From a candidate division WWE3 bacterium (lineage in GTDB: Bacteria > Patescibacteriota > WWE3 > JAUXAW01): a DNA stretch of 64,000 bases. This document shows, piece by piece, positions 30,160 to 40,861 of the stretch (positions within the stretch are counted from its first letter, which is position 1; each line of letters starts with the position of its first letter). Where the stretch lies: NCBI GenBank assembly GCA_030619715.1, contig JAUXAW010000002.1:1221-65220 (forward strand), read 5' to 3'. The notes under the pieces were generated by a model. That model searched no databases. It was not told the origin of the DNA and saw nothing but the letters and a program-made list of their open reading frames with translations. Both the position numbers and the translations under genes were made by a program.

Positions 30160-30900
30160 ATGGCAAAAACAGCTTTAGTTACTGGTGTTTCTCGAGGAAT
30201 TGGTCGAGCAATTGCTAAAAAATTAGCGAGTGAAGGCTATTTTATTCATGGAACTTACAATACTGGCAAAAAGGAAGCTGAGGAGTTAAAAAAGGAAATT
30301 AAAAATATCGAGATTTACCAAGCTAACTTCAGACATAGAAAACAAACCCAGCAGTTGGTAGAAAAACTAAAGGAGATTAAATTTGACGCTTTGGTTAACA
30401 ATGCAGGGGTTTTCCAACTTGAAGATTTTGATAATTATGATTTTGAGATTTGGGATAGTACCTTTGAGATAAATCTTAATGCTATTTTAGTTATTTGTTT
30501 AGGATTGAAAGATAACATTAGAAAGGGTGGGGCGATTGTTAACATTACAAGCACAGATGGGATGACCGGCTCCTTTGGGGGAATGGCATATTCAGCGAGT
30601 AAAGCAGCATTGATAAACCTGACAAAGAGTTTGGGTAACAATTTTGGACCAAAAGGTATTAGGGTTAACGCAATAGCTCCGGGGTGGGTCAATACCGATA
30701 TGGACACTGAGGTTGTAGGTGATGCTCCCGGCCTAACTCCCTTAGGAAGAAATGCTAAGCCGGAAGAAATTGCGAACGTTGTAAGTTTTTTGCTTTCCGA
30801 TGGGGCTAGTTTTGCCAACGGCGCCACTTTCGTTATTGACGGAGGTTATACCAACGTTGACCCCATTATGAAGAAGGAGGCGGAATTGGAGAAAAAATGA
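30160..30900 (+). CDS. SDR family oxidoreductase
   Basis: TGVSRGIG, NNAG, YSASK and IRVNAIAPG motifs. Confidence 0.95.
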   Translation: MAKTALVTGVSRGIGRAIAKKLASEGYFIHGTYNTGKKEAEELKKEIKNIEIYQANFRHRKQTQQLVEKLKEIKFDALVNNAGVFQLEDFDNYDFEIWDSTFEINLNAILVICLGLKDNIRKGGAIVNITSTDGMTGSFGGMAYSASKAALINLTKSLGNNFGPKGIRVNAIAPGWVNTDMDTEVVGDAPGLTPLGRNAKPEEIANVVSFLLSDGASFANGATFVIDGGYTNVDPIMKKEAELEKK

Positions 30901-31865
30901 AGATTACTGTTTTGTGCCCCAAATTAGAATTTACCAAAGCTCAACAGGAAAGATTAGCGAAGCTCGGTGAGGTTGTTTATACCGACAGCAGGCAAGAGTA
31001 TCCAACGGAAGAACTTATTAAATTAGCCAAAGGCTCCGAGATTTTAGGTGCAGACCCGGACAATTTAGGCGGCTTTGAGAAAGCTAAGCCAGAATTGACC
31101 AAACTAATGGAAAGCCTACCTAAGCTTCAGGGAGTGGCTCTAGCTTCAAGCTCATTTGAATGGATTGATTTAGCTTATTGTCGAAAAAGGAGAGTCGTAG
31201 TAACGAGTGTTCCCCACTACTCAACGGAGTCAGTTGCTGAACACGCTTTAGGACTAATGATTTGTTTAGCGAAAAACATTATTATCAATGATCGAAAATT
31301 TTGGTCAGGCGAGGAGAGTAAGTTTGGTTCGGGCCCTGGTTTTGAGTTGAAGGGAAAAACGCTGGGAGTGATTGTTCTAGGGAACATTTGAAGTCGAATA
31401 GCTGAACTGGGTCAAGCAATAGGTATGAGGGTTATCGCGTATAATCGGACCCCAAAAAGACAGAAGGGAGTTGAGATGAAATCTCTAGATAAAGTTTTGT
31501 CAGAATCTGATGTGCTTTCAGTTAACCTTGCCTGTAACAAAGAAACCTATCGCTTTATTTCAGAACAACAGATTAGAAAAATGAAAAAAGGAGTGGTTAT
31601 TGTTAATCTAGTCGGTCCTGTTACACCAGATAGAGAAGTGGTTGACAAAAAAGCCATGGCCAGAGCTCTTGGGGCGGGTATAGTAGCGGCCTATGCTTAT
31701 GAGGCCGAGGATCTGACAAATAATCCGCTGTCTAAGATTGAGAATGCGATTGGTCTAAAAGGTTTTGCGTGGTACACAAAAGACGCTTTAGAACGGGCAA
31801 AAGAAATTTGGACTGACAGCATTATTTCGATTGCCAAAGGAAGTCCCATCAACGCAGTAAGCTAG
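30897..31865 (+). pseudogene. D-2-hydroxyacid dehydrogenase interrupted by an in-frame TGA
   Basis: ORFs 30897-31391 and 31425-31865 are in the same frame: GKTLGVIVLGNI*SRIAELG; SVAEHA motif present. Confidence 0.8.
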
Positions 31866-32038
31866 GCTGTAGTCATACAGGCGTTCCGAACATCGTTTGC
31901 GATTCGGAAGTCTTATTCGCTACCGCAGATGAGATGATTGTAGAAAGCGCAAGGTAATTATTTTAGTTTGCGCTATTTGTAAGCTTGATTTTTAAATGTG
32001 TTATTGTTATTAAAGTAATGAGAAGGAGGTGATAAATA

Positions 32039-32155
32039 GTGGCAAAAACAAAAACTTCTACCTACGGTAAAAAGAAGCAGAAAATTGTACCGGTTCGCCG
32101 TTACAAAAGAGGTGGTAAGTGGGTTAGAGGGCATAGACGCTCTACACCAAATTAA
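32039..32155 (+). CDS. Small basic peptide (38 aa)
   Basis: GTG start after AAGGAGGTGA; MAKTKTSTYGKKKQKIVPVRRYKRGGKWVRGHRRSTPN. Confidence 0.6.
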   Translation: MAKTKTSTYGKKKQKIVPVRRYKRGGKWVRGHRRSTPN

Positions 32156-32512
32156 TAATAAATGCTTATTTTTGAAAAAGACATGGAGATTTTATGCAAT
32201 ATAAAGATTTTAAAATTGTGAAGTGGACTAATGGATTTCAGTTAGCTCCAGGGAGCTGAGGCGGTCTTCTATTGGAACTGGATCCAAATTTGGAAATCTG
32301 ATATAGTCTTCCGTGGATATACAGGCGTTCCAGACATCATTTGCGATGCGGAGCCATCCTTCTTCGCCAAAGATTTGTGCGGCCTTCGGGCCGCTTTGTT
32401 TTTGCTGCGGAGACCCCACCCCCACCCCAAAATCTGATACAATGACCACACGCGGAGGCGAGGAAAAATGAGTGATGAAAAATATCTTAAACTTGGCATC
32501 AAGACTTGAAAG

Positions 32513-33265
32513 ATGGATAAATTTAGAGTAGCAGCGATTAATGCTGACCCCGCTAAGCCGACAGAGAGTTATCTTAGGAAGGTAAAAAGCCTAGATTGCA
32601 AATTAATTTGCTTCCCTGCTTACTATCGGAGAAATGAAAATTTGCCTGAAATGACTCGACTGGCTAAGGCTTATAAAACCTACATTCTGGCCGGTATTGA
32701 TGAGGTAAATAGCCGGAGCGGTTATAAAAGTGTCTTTCTTTTCTTCCCAGATGGGAAGAAAAGGAGACTTCATCGAAAAACAATTCTTGCCAATTTCGAG
32801 AAAAAAGATGGGTTTAGAGAAGGGAAAAGTATCAAAGTTTTTGCGTCGCCTTTTGGTAAAATCGGTGTTTCCATTTGTCTTGAGAGTTGGTATCCAGAAA
32901 CCCCGCGGATCCTGGCTTTAAAAGGAGCAGAGATCATTTTTGCCCCTGCCGGATTTGGAATGAAGAAGGGCCTGAAGTTTGACTTTTATGACAATTGGCG
33001 GGATATGCTCAAAATTAGGGCGATCGAGAATCTAGCCTACGTCATTTGTTGCACCAATGCGGTTGGTGAGAAGCCATTGGGGGTAATTATTAATCCAGAG
33101 GGCCGGATTTTGGCCGAAAGGATGGGCGAGGGGATTGTTACTACCACAATTAGCCTTAAGTGGGTAAGAAAAATGAAGACAGGCGATTATGAGGAGAGAA
33201 TCGCCGCCAAGATTCGTTTGGAGAAGAGACAACCTGGGTTGTATAGAGATCTAATTAGGAAGTAG
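32513..33265 (+). CDS. Carbon-nitrogen hydrolase (nitrilase family)
   Basis: HRK and GVSICLESWYPE..R.LA.KGAEII motifs; the usual FPE motif reads FPA, so the catalytic Glu may be lost. Confidence 0.85.
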   Translation: MDKFRVAAINADPAKPTESYLRKVKSLDCKLICFPAYYRRNENLPEMTRLAKAYKTYILAGIDEVNSRSGYKSVFLFFPDGKKRRLHRKTILANFEKKDGFREGKSIKVFASPFGKIGVSICLESWYPETPRILALKGAEIIFAPAGFGMKKGLKFDFYDNWRDMLKIRAIENLAYVICCTNAVGEKPLGVIINPEGRILAERMGEGIVTTTISLKWVRKMKTGDYEERIAAKIRLEKRQPGLYRDLIRK

Positions 33266-33354
33266 CTCTCAACTAATAATTTCAGGATTGGAGAGCCAAA
33301 CCCTTTAAAACGGCGTAACTACGCCGTTTTCTTGTTTTGTGGTAAAATTGGTCT

Positions 33355-33939
33355 ATGGCAAAAGTTAAAGTTCTGATCGAGGGTTACGCAAAAGAAATCA
33401 AGGGCGGGTGGTTGGCTAGTTCAACCACGACTCTCATTCGGGATCGGGGTTTAAACATCGTCGTCGATCCGGGTAAGAACAGGTCACTTCTACTCCAGAA
33501 ATTCAAAGAAGAAAACCTCAGACCCGAAGACACCGACTTTGTCTTAGTGACACACACCCACCTCGACCACAGTTATCTACTAGGTATTTTTCCTAACGCC
33601 AGGGCCTTAGATGATGAGGTCGTTTACGATCAGGACAAAGAAGGCGAGCATGGCGGAACCATTCCCGGAACGGCTATTAAAATTATCTCTACTCCCGGCC
33701 ACGACCAGTTTCACAGCTCGCTCGTCGTTCCGACCGAAAAGGGAACTGTGGTTGTTGCTGGCGATGTCTTTTGGTGGGCGGACAACGAGGAGCAAAAGAC
33801 AGACGAAACGAGTTTATTAGAACGCAAAGACCCATTCGTCAAAGACGAGAAGGCTCTGCTTGAGAGTCGTAAAGAGGTTTTGAAAATCGCCGATTGGATT
33901 ATTCCAGGACACGGGAAGATGTTTAAGGTGGAAAAATGA
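33355..33939 (+). CDS. MBL-fold metallo-hydrolase
   Basis: THTHLDH, TPGH, AGD and IPGHG motifs. Confidence 0.92.
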   Translation: MAKVKVLIEGYAKEIKGGWLASSTTTLIRDRGLNIVVDPGKNRSLLLQKFKEENLRPEDTDFVLVTHTHLDHSYLLGIFPNARALDDEVVYDQDKEGEHGGTIPGTAIKIISTPGHDQFHSSLVVPTEKGTVVVAGDVFWWADNEEQKTDETSLLERKDPFVKDEKALLESRKEVLKIADWIIPGHGKMFKVEK

Positions 33940-34415
33940 AATTAACAGCTAAACAAATCGAGCTCTTGAAAGAACTAATGATTAACTCTGCAAAGAAGGG
34001 AAATCTTGCCAATTCTGCTATGGTCCTGGAGAACGGCAAGCTGGTAGCTTCGGCCGAGAGTCTGGTTGTTTCAAATCACGATGCGACCGCCCATTCAGAG
34101 AGGATGTTGGTTGAGGAAGTATGCAAAAGGAAAAAGGAAAACTATACCCCGGGTTTAACCATGGTCACAGTTGCTGAGCCTTGCCTGATGTGTATGAGTG
34201 CCTGTGCCTGGGCCGGTTACAAAGAGGTTGCCTATATCATTCCAGCCGAGAAGTACATAGATAAGATTCCGTGGATGGCCGAGACCAAGGGACTCGACAA
34301 ACAGAAAATAGCCAACTCTTTTAGTGAGCCAATTAAGCTAACACACCTGAATCAATACGAAGATGAGTTTAGCGAGATATTTGAACAGGAAATGAAAGGG
34401 CTGTTAGAAGGCTAG
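33936..34415 (+). CDS. Nucleoside/cytidine deaminase family protein (TadA-like)
   Basis: DATAHSE and EPCLMC zinc motifs. Confidence 0.88.
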   Translation: MKLTAKQIELLKELMINSAKKGNLANSAMVLENGKLVASAESLVVSNHDATAHSERMLVEEVCKRKKENYTPGLTMVTVAEPCLMCMSACAWAGYKEVAYIIPAEKYIDKIPWMAETKGLDKQKIANSFSEPIKLTHLNQYEDEFSEIFEQEMKGLLEG

Positions 34416-34709
34416 CATCGGCACTACCGCCGAACAAATCTCCTGAAAGTAGGTTCCGACGTGTTCAACCACGTGGAGCCAAACCCTTTAAAATGGCGTA
34501 ACTACGCCATTTTCTTGTTTTGTGGTAGAATTGGTCCTGTAGGTAAAAAACTAGTGGTAAGGTTGATTGTTGCAAGCGATTACGACCTTGACCTGGCATT
34601 ACTTAAAGTTCCTAAGGGAGTAGAGTTGGAATTTTATAAATTATAAAGTAACCATAATTCTATGGTTTATTCGTCAAAATTGTTTCTTAACAGATAAGAA
34701 TAATCAAAA

Positions 34710-35351
34710 ATGGCATTCAAAAGAAACATGAACCAGGAGGAAATGATTAGTTTTATTGATAATGAATTATTTCCTCAAATTAAGAAAGAGATTAAAAATT
34801 GGATTTATCCAAAAAAACAGACTGGTGGATATTTTGCAGTAACCAGGCAAATATTTTGCATGGTTGATTTCTTGGGTGCGGTGTATGCGGGATACCCTTT
34901 AGTGGAAAAGAGAAATGACGAAAGAGGAGAGAAAATTGCTACATCTAAAAAAGCCATAAAGTTCATTACTACGTTTTTTGAGCCGGAAGAAACCTATCAG
35001 CAGGATATTGTAACTAAACTATATAAAATGTACCGCCATGGACTTGTGCATCTCTACCAACCCAAGATTCTAAAATTGGGCTCTAGAAAAAGACTGAAGT
35101 GGTTTTTTTACAGGGGCGCAAGACACAAAGAAGAAATAAAAATAGGGGAAATAGTATTCAAAGATATTAATCATCTTCAGATATACATCGATGAAAATAA
35201 CAGAAAGCACAGCTATCTTGTTATTAGTATTGATTGTCTTTATAAGGACTTTGAAGAGGCAATCAAGCGATATAGGTACAAGTTAGCAAATACAAAGTGT
35301 TTACAAAGAAACTGGCGTACGGCTGTTAATGCTATCTGTAAGCCCCGATGA
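34710..35351 (+). CDS. Hypothetical protein with HEPN-like RxxxxH motif
   Basis: AT-rich ORF containing LYKMYRHGLVH. Confidence 0.6.
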   Translation: MAFKRNMNQEEMISFIDNELFPQIKKEIKNWIYPKKQTGGYFAVTRQIFCMVDFLGAVYAGYPLVEKRNDERGEKIATSKKAIKFITTFFEPEETYQQDIVTKLYKMYRHGLVHLYQPKILKLGSRKRLKWFFYRGARHKEEIKIGEIVFKDINHLQIYIDENNRKHSYLVISIDCLYKDFEEAIKRYRYKLANTKCLQRNWRTAVNAICKPR

Positions 35352-35520
35352 AAGTACTAAAGCAAGAGGATGGTTGGACTATTTGAGCTTCTTTTGCTCT
35401 TTGTGTAAAACCTTAACTTGAGTTAAAATATAGGAAAATGAAGATGAGGAGTAATATGAATAAATTTATCAAAAATTTACTAGAGTAATTGCATCCAGTA
35501 TAATTGATAGAAAGGACAAT

Positions 35521-36420
35521 ATGAAAAAGGTTGTAGTATTAGGTGCTAAACCAAACGATGACCAGAAGACGCGATTAGAGGCGTTGGGTGAAGTAAAGTA
35601 TCTTCCAAGTCCGTCTAACTCCGATGAGTTAATGAAGCAGGCTGGAGGAGCTGATGTTCTTTACAGTGATGGTGCATTTTTACTTGAGAGCTTGCCAAAG
35701 TTGAAAAATGTATTTGTAACATATCCATATGTTGAACTTGGAGTTTTTAATTCGGAAGAGTTGAAGAAAAATGGTGTGTTGGTTGCAAACTCTCAAGGAG
35801 GCAATAGACCTTCAATTATTGAGTGGGTAATGTTTATGGTTTTGTCTTTGTTTAGGAAATTCACCCCTATGGTTAGAGCCACAGAAAATTTTCCTGTGGA
35901 GTTACAACAAAGTTTGAGTGGAAAGAAAGTACTGATAGTTGGGAAGGGTAGCATTGGGACTAAGATTGCAATACCTTGTGAGGCTTTTGGAATGGAAGTT
36001 TCATTTTTCGAGCGTGGAGACAATTTACACGCAAAATCTGCAGATGCTGACTTGGTGATAAATTCGCTTAACTGCAACTCTACCAGCAAGAACCTACTTG
36101 ATGAGAAATTCTTCATGTCGCTTAAGAAGGGAGCATACTACATTACATTTGTTAGGCCATATACCTATGATTTGGATGGATTACTAAAATCAATTGACAA
36201 TGGGGTGGTGGCAGGAGCGGCAATTGACTGCGACCCAGAGAAATTTGGGGATACTACAAACGAGTTTTATAAAAAAGCCCTAAGCGATCCAAAAGTGCTA
36301 GTAACCCCCCACATAGCCTTTTCTACTAAACAGGCAATAGTAAATGGTGGAGAAATAGCCGTAAAAAATATTGAGGCTTTCGTTGCAGGTAAACCCCAGA
36401 ATGTGCTAACTAAGAAGTAA
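35521..36420 (+). CDS. D-2-hydroxyacid dehydrogenase family protein
   Basis: GKGSIG and TPHIAF motifs. Confidence 0.9.
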   Translation: MKKVVVLGAKPNDDQKTRLEALGEVKYLPSPSNSDELMKQAGGADVLYSDGAFLLESLPKLKNVFVTYPYVELGVFNSEELKKNGVLVANSQGGNRPSIIEWVMFMVLSLFRKFTPMVRATENFPVELQQSLSGKKVLIVGKGSIGTKIAIPCEAFGMEVSFFERGDNLHAKSADADLVINSLNCNSTSKNLLDEKFFMSLKKGAYYITFVRPYTYDLDGLLKSIDNGVVAGAAIDCDPEKFGDTTNEFYKKALSDPKVLVTPHIAFSTKQAIVNGGEIAVKNIEAFVAGKPQNVLTKK

Positions 36421-36625
36421 GCCAGTTCTAACTTCTTCCACTACGGGGAGCCATCCTCCTTCGCTAAAGATTTATGCGGCCTGCGGGCCGCTTTGTTTTT
36501 GTTCTCACCGACTTGACAAAACTATGAGTTTACGATAGAGTTACCAGTGTAGTACTCAAAACCCTACAAAAGGGGGTATTACAACAAATAAGGGTGGCGA
36601 CCTAACCGCCAGAAAGGGGTGTGAC

Positions 36626-37567
36626 GTGGTAAAGAGATCTTTGTTCACGAGTTTTCCCATTTTAGCAGCGCTTCAGGAGGCCGACAAGTTCATAGCAGGC
36701 GTCCTCTGGGAGGAGAAGCAGGTGAGACCTGAAGGACCTCTCCAGTGGGTTGCCAGCAATGACATGCAGGCCGCCCTGATCGGTCCGCGCATTTGGGGCC
36801 AGACGTTGGCCGCACTGGCTGGCTTTGCAGAAGGGGAAATGTCTTCCATTGCCGACTGGGACGTGGAGGTCATCAACGCCTTCCTACGTGGAGAGGAGTT
36901 TGAGATTCAACTGCGTCCTTGGCCCAAGGAGGATCGGCTCACCTTCGGTATTGCGGCCATCATCAAGCTGCTACGCGAATGGCGCGTCCGGGGAGAGGAG
37001 GGTTACAAGGTGGTCGATTGGCGCAAGGCCTTCCGTCTAGGGGCTCCTGCAGCGCAAGGTGGGGTGGAGTTCTACCGTGCCTCTGGCGAAGTCGTGGTTC
37101 GCATCCCGACCAAGGTTCGTGGCGACTACGTCTGCGTCACTAAGGCATCGGAGCCAAAGACCCACTTTGACCTGCTGTTCTTCTGCATGGATACCCGGAG
37201 TGCGATGGAGCCGACCGACGAGTTCACCGGAGCCATCTTGCCCAACTGGACGTTCCAGGAAGAGGTTGACGTTTCGGATCTCATCAACCTTCGGACGGAA
37301 GACGCCGTTGGCCAGCCATGGTGGCTCGCTCAGGCGCTGATGGAAGGCAAGTCCGCCTTCTGCGCGGAGGGAATTTCCTTCAAGGCTGCCTTCGCCGCCG
37401 CCGTCATGCTCGGTGGGTCTCGGCCGAAGGAACCCGGCCCACGTGACCACGTTGTAGATTACGATTTGGTCATGTGGATCGATCGCGAAGACGTCCCTGT
37501 TCCTTTGGGTGCCGTTTATGTAGCGACCGACGAATTCTCACAGACTGACGTTCGCCTGGAGTGGTAG
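36626..37567 (+). CDS. Hypothetical protein (313 aa)
   Basis: GC-rich ORF with its own TTGACA promoter (36513), RBS and terminator. Confidence 0.7.
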   Translation: MVKRSLFTSFPILAALQEADKFIAGVLWEEKQVRPEGPLQWVASNDMQAALIGPRIWGQTLAALAGFAEGEMSSIADWDVEVINAFLRGEEFEIQLRPWPKEDRLTFGIAAIIKLLREWRVRGEEGYKVVDWRKAFRLGAPAAQGGVEFYRASGEVVVRIPTKVRGDYVCVTKASEPKTHFDLLFFCMDTRSAMEPTDEFTGAILPNWTFQEEVDVSDLINLRTEDAVGQPWWLAQALMEGKSAFCAEGISFKAAFAAAVMLGGSRPKEPGPRDHVVDYDLVMWIDREDVPVPLGAVYVATDEFSQTDVRLEW

Positions 37568-37583
37568 TCTTGAGGAGTGATTA

Positions 37584-37633
37584 GGGCTAGTATCCACACA
37601 CAAGTTTGACTTGTGGATACTAGCCTGTTTTTG
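37584..37633 (+). terminator. Rho-independent terminator
   Basis: ggctagtatccaca/tgtggatactagcc stem followed by a T tract. Confidence 0.8.
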
Positions 37634-37824
37634 TTTTGAGAATTAAGCTGTTAGGGGAACTGGATCCAAACTCGGAAATCTGATATATTCCTCGGTAGCC
37701 ATACAAGTGCTCCGAACGTCGTCCACGATGCGGAGCCAGTTTTGAGTTTTAATAGAAGTGGCCTGCGGGCCGTTTTGTTTTTTCCCCAGAAATTTTTCTT
37801 TACCCTTGTGTTAAAATCTAGACC

Positions 37825-39342
37825 ATGAATGAGGACGAGAAGTACGAGGGAGAAGTTGACTTCGAAGGTGAGAAAGAGGGAATAGGAAAGAAAGTTAGGA
37901 AATTGCCGCCGGCTCCGGTTGCCGCCGCCGTTGTTGTCCTTGTCTTGGCGGGGGTCCTCGGCGGCTATTTTTTATACCAGCGGTATTTTGGGAGAACCGC
38001 TCCGGAGGAAGTTTCTGCACCCGCTACCCAAACCAAAGTTCCCAAATTAGATCCCCAGAAAGAAAAAACCCATCTTTCCAGAGTGGCCGATACCCAAGGT
38101 GCCTACTTTGCCCGAGCCTTCGATCTGTTTTGGGGCGATGTGGAAACCCAAAGAGGGAAATTTGATTGGTCTTTGACCGACGAACAAATAAGATGGCTTA
38201 ACGAGGAGGAGATTTACCCTTTGGTTATTGTCAAACCCTTTGCTCTTTGGGACCAAGAAAGTTGCCACCCGGAGGAAAGATACGAAGCCGAATTTGACCC
38301 CCGGAAAGGCTACCGAATCAAGGTCGGTAAACCTTGCGACCTAATAGCTTTCGGTCAGTTTTTGGAAAAAGCGGTCGAGCGCTACGATGGTGATGGGATC
38401 GAAGATATGCCCGGTCTGACGATTCCGATTAAATACTGGGAGATTATGAACGAGCCGACGATGCAAGGTGGCGTCACCGGCGGGATGGGCGAGGAATTGA
38501 AATTCTTTGTCGGCACCTCTAAGGATTATCTAGAAATTCTCAAAACTTCCTATCAAGCGATCAAAAAAGCCGATCCGGAGGCAAAAGTTCTACACGCGGG
38601 AATGGCGGGGATGGACCGAAACTTTCGAGATTTCTGGCGGCCGGTTTTTGCTCAAGGCGGTGGGCAATATTTTGACATCGCCAATATCCATACCATTTCG
38701 ACCGATCAAAGGAGAGAGGATTTGTTTGTGATCAGGTTCAAAAGATTTTTGCAAGAATTTGGTCTGCAAGGCAAGCCGATCTGGATCACCGAGGTTCAGT
38801 TTGGCCGTCTGGCGGAAAAACCTGAAGATTTAGAAAGTTTTGAGATTTTGGTGACCAAAGCCTCGGTTTTTGCCCTGGCCCAAGGGACGGATAAACTAAT
38901 TTACATCTCAAATTGGACGGACTTTTGGCCCTCCTTCGCCAACCCACTTCGCCAAGGCTACGAGGGTCAAGAGGCTTCGGAGGGTAAGGAAGAAATGAAA
39001 AAGGAGAAGAAATTTAAAGTTAGCCCTGAGGTTTTAGCAAGTTCCACTCACCAAGTTTACCTCAATTTGGTCGATAAGGTTAATCAGTTTGACCGGATAG
39101 AAAAGATTAAGGAGGAGTACATCGAAAATCAGGGCGACCACGATGGCGCCACCTCCAACATTGGGCAGTATAAGTTTGTTTCCGGCGATAAATCGGTTTA
39201 TGTTCTTTGGGGTCAAGCCGAACTTCCCGCGGAAATTTCCGGCCAAGTTAGAGTGACGGATATTTATGGTCAGACAGGGACGATGGACGCCTCTTTAATC
39301 AATCTTTCCGCCGCGCCAATTTTTGTCGAGCCCAGCCGTTGA
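37825..39342 (+). CDS. Membrane-anchored glycoside hydrolase (clan GH-A, GH39/GH5-like)
   Basis: YWEIMNEP and PIWITE catalytic motifs; N-terminal TM helix. Confidence 0.75.
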   Translation: MNEDEKYEGEVDFEGEKEGIGKKVRKLPPAPVAAAVVVLVLAGVLGGYFLYQRYFGRTAPEEVSAPATQTKVPKLDPQKEKTHLSRVADTQGAYFARAFDLFWGDVETQRGKFDWSLTDEQIRWLNEEEIYPLVIVKPFALWDQESCHPEERYEAEFDPRKGYRIKVGKPCDLIAFGQFLEKAVERYDGDGIEDMPGLTIPIKYWEIMNEPTMQGGVTGGMGEELKFFVGTSKDYLEILKTSYQAIKKADPEAKVLHAGMAGMDRNFRDFWRPVFAQGGGQYFDIANIHTISTDQRREDLFVIRFKRFLQEFGLQGKPIWITEVQFGRLAEKPEDLESFEILVTKASVFALAQGTDKLIYISNWTDFWPSFANPLRQGYEGQEASEGKEEMKKEKKFKVSPEVLASSTHQVYLNLVDKVNQFDRIEKIKEEYIENQGDHDGATSNIGQYKFVSGDKSVYVLWGQAELPAEISGQVRVTDIYGQTGTMDASLINLSAAPIFVEPSR

Positions 39343-39462
39343 TGATTCCGGCCGTTGTGTGTCCAACAGAAATTTATTCACTAGGCCGCTTTGTTTTTGT
39401 TGCGGAGACCCCACCCCCACCCCAAAATCTGATACAATGACCGTACGCGGAGGCGAGGAAAA

Positions 39463-40845
39463 ATGAAATTGAAATCGATCAACCCACACGACCAGTCAGT
39501 AGTTGGGGAATTGAAAATCTCTACCCAGCAAGATGTTAAGAGGGCAGTGAAGAAAGCGAAAAAGGCCTTTGGCCCGTGGCAAGCTTTGTCGGTGGCTGAA
39601 AGAGTTGAATATATTAAAAGATTTAGGACAAAGGTAGCCAAGAACAAGGAGAAGATTGCCAAGCTCACGACACTTGAGATGGGTAAGCCTCTGCAGCAAT
39701 CACTTGACGATGTTAGCTGGGAACTTGAGTTTCTCGATTACTACATTAAAAAGGGACCCGAATACCTAGCTGACGAGACTGTCTACAAGAAAGGGAAAGA
39801 ACATTTTCGAGTAAGTTACGAACCTTATGGCGTTTGTGCCTGTATCGCCCCCTGGAATTTTCCGCTTTCGATGGCCAACTCCGGTGTTATTCCCGCTTTG
39901 ATTGCGGGAAACACGGTCATTCTTAAGCCTTCCGAATACACCAGTCTAAGCCAGAAGATAATCATCGATTTGTTACAGAAATCTAGAATACCCGATGGAG
40001 TCGCCAATCTCTTAATCGGTGGTGGTGAGGTTGGGAAAATGCTCATTGACGAGCCGATCGATCTGGCTTGGTTCACTGGTAGCACTAAGGTTGGTCAGGA
40101 GATTTACAGAAAATGTGGCAAGAAGTTTATCAAAGCGTTGCTAGAGATGGGTGGAAGCAGTCCCGGTATCATTTTCGCCGACGCCAATCTTGATTTAACG
40201 ATGGATAATCTCTACTGGGCCAGGTTTCTAAACTGTGGTCAGGTTTGCACCGCTATCAAGAGACTATTTGTTGAGATGCCAGTTTATAGAAAAGTGGTCA
40301 ATCTTTTCGTAGATAAGCTTAAAACGGTAAAAGTTGGTAACCCAATGGATAAGAAAACCGATATTGGCCCGCTCGTTTCCCAAAAACAACTTAAGTTATT
40401 AAAAGAGCAGGTGGCGGACGCAATTTCTAAAGGAGCAAAAGTAGAGATCGGTGGCAAACAGCCCGAAGGCAAAGAGTTCGAGAAGGGTAACTATTTTGAA
40501 CCCACGGTTCTCACGGACATTACCACAGATATGAGGGTATTTACCGAAGAAACATTTGGTCCTGTACTGCCAATTATCCCTTTTAAGACGGAGGAAGAAG
40601 CAATAAGACTCGCTAACAGAACGGAGTATGGTTTAAGTGCTGAAATTTACACCACCGACCTTGAGAAAGGCGAACGGGTCGCTAAACAAATAGAAGCGGG
40701 TACGGTCGCCATCAACACCGACGATTTCTTCAAGCCAGAATGTCCCTTCGGTGGATACAAGAAAAGTGGGATGGGTAGAGAGTATGGTGAAATTGGAATG
40801 AAGGAGTTCTCACAAGTAAAATTGATCGCTGTTGTTAGACCCTAA
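39463..40845 (+). CDS. Aldehyde dehydrogenase
   Basis: PWNFP, KPSE, FTGS, LEMGG, GQVC, EETFGP and PFGG motifs. Confidence 0.96.
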   Translation: MKLKSINPHDQSVVGELKISTQQDVKRAVKKAKKAFGPWQALSVAERVEYIKRFRTKVAKNKEKIAKLTTLEMGKPLQQSLDDVSWELEFLDYYIKKGPEYLADETVYKKGKEHFRVSYEPYGVCACIAPWNFPLSMANSGVIPALIAGNTVILKPSEYTSLSQKIIIDLLQKSRIPDGVANLLIGGGEVGKMLIDEPIDLAWFTGSTKVGQEIYRKCGKKFIKALLEMGGSSPGIIFADANLDLTMDNLYWARFLNCGQVCTAIKRLFVEMPVYRKVVNLFVDKLKTVKVGNPMDKKTDIGPLVSQKQLKLLKEQVADAISKGAKVEIGGKQPEGKEFEKGNYFEPTVLTDITTDMRVFTEETFGPVLPIIPFKTEEEAIRLANRTEYGLSAEIYTTDLEKGERVAKQIEAGTVAINTDDFFKPECPFGGYKKSGMGREYGEIGMKEFSQVKLIAVVRP

Positions 40846-40861
40846 GGATGGGGGAGGAAAA

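Noticed and set aside
31389-31391. Selenocysteine or genome-wide UGA recoding
   Set aside because: The position corresponds to Gly, not Cys, and TGA ends many normal genes here (smpB, comF).
32228-32449. 73-aa minus-strand ORF as a functional gene
   Set aside because: Its first half is the reverse complement of a terminator/promoter module; only the part from WLRIAND onward is meaningful, as a junction arm.
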